Source: Podarcis muralis (lineage: Eukaryota). Taken from it: 64,000 nucleotides of DNA. Numbering within the stretch: the stretch's first letter is position 1; every line of letters starts with the position of its first letter. Position numbers and translations under genes: made by a program. The notes beneath the pieces are model-generated. The model was not told where the DNA came from and searched no databases. It was given only the letters and a program-made list of their open reading frames with translations. Of this stretch, positions 1 through 11,267 are shown piece by piece. The stretch lies in the NCBI RefSeq assembly GCF_964188315.1, contig NC_135657.1, forward strand, positions 90,210,001 to 90,274,000. The letters run 5' to 3'.

Positions 1-1167
1 CAGAAGTACATTTTCCTCAAGGCCCTTCTTTCCTTAACTCTGTGAAGGCTTGTCTGCATAGATGTCACAGCATACATTATTTTAATAAACACCCACAGTT
101 CTATATTCTGGAGAGGTATTTCATAGTTTCAAAGTAGCAGTGTGCATCTTGGCAGGGAAATAACAAGTTTCCTCCTAAACAATATTTCATTGGAATTTAC
201 TGCTCTGAAGCGGAAGGCAAGTTCTGTCATTCAAGTCAAGTTACGACGAAATGACTTTTGGTGGGGGTTTGTCCTCTGAGGCAACTGAAATGGGAGTATG
301 AATTGGTTTAAAGGTTTCCATCACTAAATCTCTGTGTGAGTGTATGTTGGAGGCTTTTATTTCCCATAGGCTTGGGATTCAAACGGAGTAATGACAGTTG
401 GTATTGGGCAGGCCTACAGGGAAGAATATTCCGGAAAACTTGTCAAAAACCATTTAATGAAAAGAACTCAAAACATATCCAGGAGGCCGTTTTGCCTCGA
501 GTTTCCTTTCATTTTGTGTGATAATCTATTTCCAAAAGCCACTTAGTTTGTTGTAATCATTGTAATTTTGAAGACAAATGCTGAGACACAGAGAGTGTTC
601 TGCCTCAGAGCTTTTCTCATGTCCTGTTCCCCTGCCTGCTGCACAGGGATGACTCCAGAAAAAGATAATTGTGAGGAGTTAATTGGTTGGGAAAAGGGAA
701 TAAGGATGTAACTTATGCTATATAGGGCCTTAATGCACTGTGACTGAAAGTGGCGTAGCAAATGAGGTGGTGGAGTTATTTTGTGAGGAGCCCTCACGGT
801 CTTCTGAGGGAGCCACATCAATCTATGGTTTAGCTCAGCACAGTGCAGCAGCAAAACAGTTGGGAGGCGTGAAGCAGCCCTGAACTCCCTTCTCAGAGCT
901 TGTGCATTTGTGCTAAGCCATGGTTTGGCTTAACATGACATGCAGACCAGACCACTGTCTGATCTGTGACGCATGCTGGTTATTGGAGAGCGATGGCATT
1001 TGGAATTAGGGAATTCTGATACTTTATATGATCCAATTCAGGTTCCAAAAGAACAGTAGCTTACCTTTTAGGTTTAAGACTTGGAGGATATAAAATGATT
1101 CCTGACATCTTTTGAAAGCAGTAATTATTATGTGGGATTTTTTTCATTCAAAGCTTTTCTCTTTTAG

Positions 1168-1215
1168 CAATGGGAAATTGTTAGCAGCTGTTCAAGACCA
1201 GTGCATAGAAATAAG
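1168..1215 (+). CDS. NBAS: NBAS exon 5 (48 nt)
   Basis: ttttag|C AAT GGG AAA...ATA AG|gtaaga; NGKLLAAVQDQCIEIR. Confidence 0.95.
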
Positions 1216-4200
1216 GTAAGATGAATAACAGTAGAATCATATGGATGTCTATTCATAAGTGAGCCCCATTGTGGCTTGCTCCCAGGCAAGTGAATAGGAT
1301 CACAGTATAAGTATAACACAATGTGCATACCTATTTTAGTAATTTTGTCTTGCCAGTCGGAGTGTGCGATGTCTTATAACACAGTAGCCATATTGCTAGT
1401 CTGGAGGTTTCACGTAAACAAATCTTGTGACACACACAAACTTTGTGCATCCTTGTTCTTTCCTGGGTGTTTAGCAGTGAAATCACATGGAATCATAGCT
1501 TCAAGTTATGTCCAAACTGGCAACTATGGATAATGGCTTCCAAACATGCCAGGACTTGGAAGCCAACTTTAATTTGTGGCTTCATATCCTGGTTTGTTTG
1601 GAGGCCTTAAGTATAGTTTTCCAATATGGAAGTAATAGAACATTAGGAAGAACTTCCTGACAGTGAGAGCTGTTCGACAGTGGAATTTGCTGCCAAGGAG
1701 TGTGGTGGAGTCTCCTTCTTTGGAGGTCTTTAAGCAGAGGCTTGACAACCATATGTCAGGAGTGCTCTGATGGTGTTTCCTGCTTGGCAGGGGGTTGGAC
1801 TCGATGGCCCTTGTGGTCTCTTCCAACTCTATGATTCTATGATTCTAGAGAGCTCGCTGTTGGTTCCTGGTTCCTTTTGCTGCTTGTGTCAAGGAAGGAA
1901 TGAAACGGCTGCATCTGATCATGTGAAGACAGCCAGTATTTAGTTAAATTCCAAGTCAGAGAATGGGGGGAAAACTGGTCTAAAACGTCTGTCCTTTAGT
2001 TTTGATATTTAATCTAAAGAGCTTTAATATCTGATACATGTTACTGAATTAGATAGCCCCTACACGTGAAATAATGTGCTAAAATCATAACGAAGTTATC
2101 TTATTATTACAGAAACAGCTTATTTATGTCAGATTCATTGTGAAGTTTGTGTTGTGTTTACAGCAGAGGTGGCCAATGTGGTGCCCTCTAAATTTTGTTG
2201 GACTAGCACTCTTATTGTCCCTGACTGTTGAGCAGACTTCCTCGAACTGATGGGAACTGGAGTATTCATATATACTTGGCACAATTCAGTTTGCTATTAA
2301 TGCACCAGAATCTGTTTGTGCATGTTCATTTTCTTTAAGCCAGGGATGGGGAACATGTTGGACTACATCTCCCATCATCCTTGACTCTCAGGGCTCATGG
2401 GAGTTCGAGTCCAACAACATTTGGAGGGTCGCAGGAGCCCCATTTCTGCTTTAGACAAGAGGATTAGCGACACAGCCACGAATCCTGACAAATTTACATT
2501 GCATCAAGTTTTATATATGAAATTCAAATCCTACAGGTCTGCGAAGGATGAGTTTGGGTCTGTCATTGGGAAATGTCAAGGTATGTGGCTTTTCAAACCC
2601 AAGCAAACTATGAAAAGTAGCAATTAACAAGGGAGACCTTTAACAAAATTCCTTTCTCTTACCCTCCAGCCCCAGCCACACTTGCCCCAATCCTCAGTTT
2701 TTATTCCAGCATATCGTGTCCAAATAACATGCCTGCTATCGTTGGGCTGTTTTTCACATACACAATTGCATTAGGTTTAATCTTATTTATTTACTTCTGC
2801 AAATTTCAGGGTTACCCAAAGCCTGCCTATACCTTTCTCGGTGAATGGATATTTTATTAGGGTTTGTGATAGTGATGATACGGCTGCCATGTGGTAGCTT
2901 TTTTGTGCTGTTTGTGTGTAGGGTGGCCATATTTCAAAAAGTAAAAGCCAGGACACACCAAAAGTTGTTGAGCTTTCTTTAGGAAGACCCTAAAATTGTT
3001 GGCAGCCCTATTTGTGTGGATCAGTTCATATTGCAGCTGAGACTGCCCCCTCCACAGCCTACTGCAAGTAAAAGTAGCACCACTGACTATATACACCTTT
3101 TGTTCTGCATTTATGAACATGTCTCTTTCTGCCCCCATAGTCCCGAAGGATCCCAACCCGCAATGGAGACGTGTAGCATGGAGTCACGACTGCACTTTGC
3201 TCGCCTACGGCGAAAGCACAGGGACCGTGCGAGTGTTTGATTTGGTCGGCAGTGAACTCTTGGTCATTTCACCGGTATTTACTTTTCTTTTCCGGATTTT
3301 ACAAGTCCAATTTGCATGCAAATGGAAGCTTTTTAGCTATTACGGTTTTAATGTGACGTACTTATGCGGAGAGAGCTTGCATTGTGAGCGCTTTATGGCT
3401 CATTTTGTTGAATGGTCGCTTTGCATGTTTATTGGTGAATTTCCATTCAGCCTTTCACGTAGCCAAACAGAAGTACATTAATTTTTATTTGTGACAGCAA
3501 AGCTGTCGGTGCTTTAGGGTGGAATTGCTTTTGTTGTGACCCTCCGAAAATAGCTGTTCCAAGGGGATGCGGTTTAACATCTGAACTAGTCTGCTGCTTC
3601 CTGTATTGTCAAAAATACTGCTTGCTGTGGCAGCTTTCACCCTTTTCTTTTATTTAATCCTAAACCTACTATTTAGCTTTCTAATAGGCAGGTGATTGCA
3701 GCATTGTAACCGCTTGAAAGCTTTAAGAAGGGATATGTTCTAAAATGGGTTGGGAAATGTGTGGTCTTCCAGATATTATTGGACTCCAGCTCTCATGATC
3801 TTGGACCTTTCTCCTTGCACAACAGAACATGCCTCCATATGCACCCCCGAGAGCCAGTGTGGTGTAGTGGTTAAGAGCGGTAGTCTCGTAATCTGGGGAA
3901 CCAGGTTCGCTTCTCCGCTCCTCCACATGCAGCTGCTGGGTGACCTTGGGCCAGTGACACTTCTTTGAAGTCTCTCAGCCTCACTCACCTCACAGAGTGT
4001 TTGTTGTGGGGGAGGAAGGGAAAGGAGAATGTTAGCTGCTTTGAGACTCCTCCGGGTAGTGATAAAGTGGGATATCAAATCCAAACTCTTCCTAAACCTG
4101 TTTGGCATTCCCCCATAACCTTTCAGAGCAGATTTGAGGGCAGCACAGGGCATGGATAGGGGGAGAAGAGGAGGCAACAATCCCATCGCACTAGTCCTAA

Positions 4201-7200
4201 GCTAGGTTCTAGCGCAAATAGCGCTAGCACATTTATTTTATTTTCTATATACTTTTTGTTTAACACATTTTTCTATGAATTTTTTCAAACGTTTTAATGG
4301 TTTCCATCATATCGAATAGTTACATTGTTTTATGAATTCACTTCCCACCCTCATTTCTGCAGTATTTTTGCTCAGACCTTTTCCACTGCGTTATATCTTT
4401 TAGAAAAAAGTCTCTCTATTGCAGTTACTTTATCATTTTTCTTCTGCTGCTTTTATCTCAAATCCTGCCAGTGATTTCATTCGACTGTAGTATTTTAAAA
4501 AATATTCCAAAAAAGGCCTCCATTCTTCTATGAAAAGTTCGTAATTCAGATCTCTTAATTTCTGTCAGCTTTGTCATTTCTGTGCCATTTCAAAAGCCAC
4601 TCTTCCTTCATTGGGACCTGCTCCTCTTTCCATTTCTGTGCATATAATATTCTAGCTGCCATCTTTTCTATATTTATAACCCAATTTGCCTCTAAGCAGC
4701 TGCCAGTGGCCTACCTGGTTTCTCCCCTCAGTATTTTATCTTCACAACAACATCGCGAGGTAGTTAAGGTGACAGATAGCAACTGGTGCCAGGTCACCCA
4801 GGAGGGAATTTGAACCCTAGCATTCCCAGTGTTTCCACCAAACAACAATGGCGTTCGTTTTTATTTGTTTGGTTTAGTGTAGAAACAATTCTCTCATTCC
4901 TGGAATTGTTTTTTAACTCCCTTGCCAAATAAAATTGTTTTGAAATTTGTTTTTAAGAAATGTTTTATTTTGGTACAGGGCACTAGCTTCCCGGGAGACA
5001 TGACCTATGCTATTGCTGGATTGATTTTTCTGGAATACAAAGCGAGCGCCCAATGGTCAGCTGAGCTGCTGGTCATCAATTACCGTGGTGAACTGAAGAG
5101 CTACCTTGTCAGGTAAGCGCTCGGTTGATGCCTCTGCAGCAGCCAACAGTATTAACTGGGATTAACTTACTTTAGTGAAACAAACCATGCATCGAATGCG
5201 TTATTGCAGTGCATTATATTTTCTGCTTTAAAATCACTTTGGGATACATTTTGGGCAGTGATTCATAAGTGGAATATAAAAAAATAAATTATGTGCGAGG
5301 AAGCCTCGCACATTTCAGCTGGTCCAGAACAGATAAAGGACCCTTGGGCAGTTAAGTCTAGTCAAAGGCGACTGTGAGGTTGCGGCACTCATCTCGCTTT
5401 CATGCGGCTGAGGGAGCTGGCGTTTGTCCACAGACAGCTTTCCGGGTCATGTGACTAGCATGACTAAACTGCCTCTGGCACAACGGGATGCTGTGACGGA
5501 AGCCAGAGCACACAGAAACGCTGTTTACCTTCCCGCCACAGCAGTACCTATTTATCTACTTGCACTGGTGTGCTTTCGAACTGCTAGGTTGGTAGGAGCT
5601 GGGACAGAGCAACAGGAGCTCACTCCGTTGCAGGGACTCGAACCACCAATCTTCTGATCAGCAAGCCCAAGAGGCTCAGTGGTTTAGACCACAGCGCCAC
5701 CCGTGTCCCTGCCCCCCCCCCCAGTCCAGAATAGGGCATTTAGCAGGGGAGTTGCAATTGTGATCACATCATGCCTGCGCTTTGTTATCTGCACTGGCTT
5801 GCAGTCTGTTTATGGGCCCAACTCAAACTCAACATTTAAAGCCCTAAATGGCTTGGGAATGAGACCAGGTTGACCAAAGGGATTGTCTTCTCTCTGCTTT
5901 ATCCTTGAGATCCCCCTCAGAGGTCCTTATTTAGGTTTATTCACTTAACAAAGGGAGGCAAGTGGTTACCTGGGAGAGAGACTTTTTGGCACTGGCTCCT
6001 CAATTATGCAATGCCTCGTTCTCACATTGTTGATTTGCACCTGCCCCAAAATAGGCAAAGACCTATCCCCAACCCCAGGCCATTTATTTTCCAACAAGTA
6101 CATACAGTCACTTTTGCTCTTAAATTTCTTGCACCAATTTCTTTTACCCTTCCTGGTTTAATGCTGGTCTTGAAATGATTTCTTGTTGCTGCCTCCATGC
6201 TGTCTATAAGAAGGCCTTCTTAAATGATGATTTCCACCGCATATTGTTGTTTTAACATTTTTTTGAATAATTTTATTTGTTTCATTTTTAACTATTTTGC
6301 AAACCGCCCTGAGGACTTAACCGTGGATGGGCAATATATAAATGCAACAAATAAGTCAATAAATGCCTTTACTTTTGTCCAGTGTTGGAACGAATCAGAG
6401 CTTCCAAGAAAGCCACAGTTTCAGCTTCAGCAGCCATTATGTCCATGGAATAACTGCAGTAATTTATCATCCTGCACACCGGTAAGTATGTTAGTCTATT
6501 ATATATATAGAGAGAGAGAGAGAGAGTGTGTGAGTGTGTCTGTGTTGTGATGTAGTTTATGTTATTTGGTTGCATTTTGGAAAAGGCCATAAATCCCCCC
6601 ACCCCACATCTTAAAAGTTGCAAATGGTTTGCTGGTGGAAGATAAGAGTTTGCTGGCATTTTTAGAAAGTGGTGAAATTCTGTTTCATTTTTTGTTTGGG
6701 TGGCGGAAAGATTAGCATAGTTCAGTCTGTTCCAGGCATGCCAGGGGACCTAGAAATACCTGGAAAACTGATCCTCCCGAAATTGTTGGGTTTGTGTGGG
6801 CAGACCAGCGGAAGGTATTTGTTTGTCCCATCAGGTGTGCTGATAAAGCTTCAGGGTTCTTTCGATTTGCCTTCCAATTCCTACAGCTATTTTAAAATCA
6901 AGGAGAAATGCAGCCTAAGCCACAATCCCATTCCACACTTACCTGAGAGTAGGCATAACTGAATACATTGTTCCTTCTGAGTGAACAGGCATAGGCTGGA
7001 ACTGTTAGTAATTTACGTCTGATTGCTATTCTGAAATGGCAGAGTCTAAAAACTAAGGTATTTCAGAAAGATCTGTTTGGCTTATTTCAAAACCTTCAAG
7101 GAGGTGATGCTCCACAAGACAAGTTGTTCCATTTCTTTATGGATCTCTTCTCTTAATGTTCAAATCCATTGTTTTGCACCCTATCACTGGCAGATGTTAG

Positions 7201-10200
7201 CCTTATTTGGTTGGTGCCAAGATCCAAGTTGGGGGCAAGTACTCTTTGGTGAGACAACCCTGGCAGAGATTTAAGTTCACCAAATATACAGCAAAGTAGA
7301 TGTGGAAATATAGGCTGTTAGCCCTTTAAAATGTGCCCTTTAAAGTGAGTCCCAAAGTTTTCCCTAGGAAAAAGACCACATGTTTGGTAAGTATAAATAT
7401 GGTTTACTTACAAACTCTCTGGAGGTCAGATTCATGTGCTTCAGAATCGCTGCACAGGCAGTACAACTTAGCTTTGTTTCAAAATGGTGAAAGTTCCTAG
7501 ATTATTGGTATAGGACTTGGGTTGCCAGCTGTTCTTGGACTACAACTCCTATCATCCCTAGCTAGCAGGACCAGTGGTCAGGGATGATGGGAAGTGTAGT
7601 CCAAAAACAGCTGAAGACTCAAGTTTGGAAGAGTGACTTGTGAGAGCTATGCGGCTGAGCTTTTCAGATAGTCTGGGGGAGAACAAAGGCTTGATTACCT
7701 GGTTCCTTCAAGGTGAGGGGAACATACCTGTCAGGGAACTGCCATCGGAAGGACAGGAGGTGGAAGGGCTCCCTGAGGTTGAGACAGACTTAGCAGCTGA
7801 AGAGGGAACCAGCAGGGGGAGAGGAGGGGCTCCAGGGGAAAGTGAGTCGGAGGGATGGCTCAGAGACACTTCCAGCGAAAACAGTGGGGAGGTTTCAAGA
7901 CCTCCTATAGGGACACCCACTCCTCGCCGGAAACTGTCACGCCGAGAGTCCAGAAGACGTGTTTCCGTTAAGGAGCTTTTATGCTGGAAGAGATTCCATA
8001 AGAGACCACTTTCGGATTCTGCTAGCGACTGACGGAGCCATGCTGGAGGGGCTCCGCCGTAGGCAGAGGTTTGAGGACTTAACCAAACTCTGAGGGACTT
8101 GCATTTTACGCACAAGCAGCTCATCATCCCATTACAATACCTAAGCTTGGCAGTACAGTCCACTCCACAGTATCAATCCCCTTTCCTCTACCCTTACATT
8201 ATAGTTCCTGTGTAGCAGTTAACTGACTTGCTGGGTACAATAATTGAAGCTGGAATACAGGATATAGGAAGCTGCTCTATACTGTGTTAAGCTATTGGCC
8301 CGTCTACTGTCTGGCCGCACCTGGAGATGTCAGAGATTGAAACTGGACTTTCTAGATGCAAAGCAGATGCTCTACTCTAAGTTATGGGCCTTCTCAAACA
8401 AATAGAAGGGCTGTTGTTGCAAAGATAACAGAGGAGCTTCCAAAGGATCCAGAAACATTAGCTCTTCTCACTAAAAACATTTCTTACTAGTGAGATAATC
8501 CATGCTGTTAAAATGGATAAAAATGACTTTTGAATACCTACAGGAGCTGCTGGCAGAAATCCTCAGCCTCCAAATGATAGCTTTTTTTCCTGAGCACAGA
8601 ATCATCATGCGCTCCCCCTTTGGTTGTGTGTCTGTCTGGTCTTCAAAGTTTTTGCAACTACATTTACGGATTTGAATATCACCAGTGTGTTTTTGTCTGG
8701 TTTCGACACGGATTTATTTTTCAGCCCAGCTCGGTTGTGGATTTTGGAATTTTCCCCATTATGCAAACAGAGCTGCCTGACTTCGATAACCAGAGCTTTC
8801 TGCTCTTCTTCTTTTCTTTGTAATATGCCTGGCTAAGATAGCAAATATGAAAGGCAAGCTCATTACGACTATACTGCTCAGTGGTGGGACGTGATCTGCC
8901 TTTCGCCGTTCTCCTTTGTTTCTGTATGTTTGGAACTCTGCTTCCGATAACTAGCGTCAGTGGCTATGCTCTGCCTCTGTGGTTGGAGGCAGTGATGCTT
9001 CTGAACATGGGTTGCTGGAAATCCATGGAGGGCAGATTGCTCGTGTGCTTAGGCCCTTCTGGTTTTACCCTCTGCATCTGGTTTTCTGCTGTGAAAACAG
9101 ACAACTAGACCTATCCAGCAGGCTCTTCTTACCTTATGCTTACAAATATTACCCTCATTCAATTCCTTTCCACCAAGACTGCCTTTCCCCATAGATTTCT
9201 GTGATGATGGCAGCTGACAGCAGATTGACAGCTTAATCTATTTTCCCAGGGAGTGCAGATTATTTCTTCATCTTGCAGAATTGATATTGTTCTGTTCTGC
9301 CCCCTTCCCTCGTGTGTTGCAATAATCTTTAGAGTCCCCCAGAGAAGACACCTACCTTCCCCAGTAAAGTGTGAAAAGGAGGGAGGCAGCTGTGGGGATT
9401 TGAGCTGCGATTCACAATTTTGCAGTCAAATTCTTTTTCACGCTGTCTGAGGCTGTTGTGCATTTCGTGGCCTCGTTTTTATACGTCTCTCAACGGAGAG
9501 TGAAGACATACAAAAAAACCCTGAGGTAAGTCACACTCTGGCACACCTTCAGCGGCGTATGGTTGAAATCGTTCAAGTTAAATGTGTGTAAGATGTGATC
9601 ATCATAGAGTATATGTACTCAGAAGTAAAGTCCTGTTGAATTCCATGGGACTTATACCCAAGTAAGTGGGGGTTTAGGATTGCAGCATTACAACTGGGGT
9701 AGGAGAGCTGAAAAACAAATCACATCTAGCAACCACTGTGCCCCCTTTGGTTTCAGATAGTGCATGGGTAAAGGTAAAGGGACCCCTGACCATTAGGTCC
9801 AGTCGTGACCGACTCTGGGGTTGCGGCGCTCATCTCGCTTTATTGGCCGAGGGAGCCAGCATACAGCTTCCGGGTCATGTGGCCAGCATGACTAAGCCGC
9901 TTCTGGTGAACTAGAGCAGCGCACAGAAATGCCGTTTACCTTCCCGCCAGAGCGGTACCTATTTATCTACTTGCACTTTTGACGTGCTTTCAAACTGCTA
10001 GGTTGGCAGGAGCAGGGACCGAGCGACAGGAGCTCACCCCGTCGCGGGGATTCGAACCGCCGACCTTCTGATCGGCAAGTCCTAGGCTCTGTAGATGAGT
10101 CTAAAAAACCTGGGACACAAATTTTCACGACCCTCCAGTGGCTATGGTGGCTCCTTTCCCAGAAGTGATGTATTTCACGTTAACTATGAAAGTGTATACA

Positions 10201-11220
10201 GTTGTACCTTGGAAGTTGAACGGAATCCGTTCCGGAAGTCTGTTCGACTTCCAAAACAGTTTGGAAACCAAGGTGTGGCTTCCGATTGGCTGCAGGAAGC
10301 TCCACCAGCCAATCGGAAGCTGTGGAAGTCGTGGCAGACATTCAGGTTCCAAATAACATTTGCAAACCAGAACAATCATTTCTGGGCTTGCGGCGTTTGG
10401 GACCCAAAATGTTCAACTCGCAAGTTGTTCGAGATCCAAGGTACAACTGTACTTGATTCTGACAAAACAAAGCCTCCTGAGTTATATTTTGCTCTAGGAG
10501 GCTTAGTTTGGTCAGAATCAAGGATACACTTCCAGAGTTAACGCTAAATACATGACATCTGGTTAATGAGTCATCATATCTGCTAGAGGACTGAAAGTTT
10601 GTGTCCTGGGCGCGGGTGGCGCTGTGGGTAAAAGCCTCAGCGCCTAGGACTTGCCGATCGAAAGGTCGGCGGTTCGAATCCCCGCGGCGGGGTGCGCTCC
10701 TGTTGTTCGGTCCCAGCGCCTGCCAACCTAGCAGTTCGAAAGCACCCCCGGGTGCAAGTAGATAAATAGGGACCGCTTACTGGCGGGAAGGTAAACGGCG
10801 TTTCCGTGTGCGGCTCTGGCTCGCCAGATGCAGCTTTGTCACGCTGGCCACGTGACCCGGAAGTGTCTCCGGACAGCGCTGGCCCCCGGCCTCTTAAGTG
10901 AGATGGGCGCACAACCCCAGAGTCTGTCAAGACTGGCCCGTACGGGCAGGGGTACCTTTACCTTTACCTTTACCCATGTACTATCTGAAAAGGGGTGCAT
11001 TGGTTGCCAGATGTGAGATATATTGGCATTATTTTCAGCTCTCCTACGCCACTATATTTTGTGGGAAAATACTTGCTATGGTATTTTCTTCCCTTATTGC
11101 AGTTGCTAACATTTTTGTACCCAAAATTGAAAATCAGTGTTGAAAGGCAGCAATCTTGCCTGACATCCCTCCCCATGGTACAAGAGATTTTGAGATATGC
11201 CCATTGATGATGGTTTGTTT

Positions 11221-11267
<47 letters not shown>

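Noticed and set aside
3275-3282. U12-type intron donors among the weak NBAS donors (gtattt, gtataa, gttgga, gtttgg)
   Set aside because: None matches RTATCCTT; these are weak U2-type GT-AG introns.
4209-4227. CTAGCGC-AAATA-GCGCTAG hairpin as a regulatory element
   Set aside because: A 7-bp stem between TE fragments is expected by chance or from MITE debris.
10095-10541. 148-aa ORF and overlapping ORFs as a nested gene
   Set aside because: They lie over a TA-flanked MITE and show no protein similarity or splice context.
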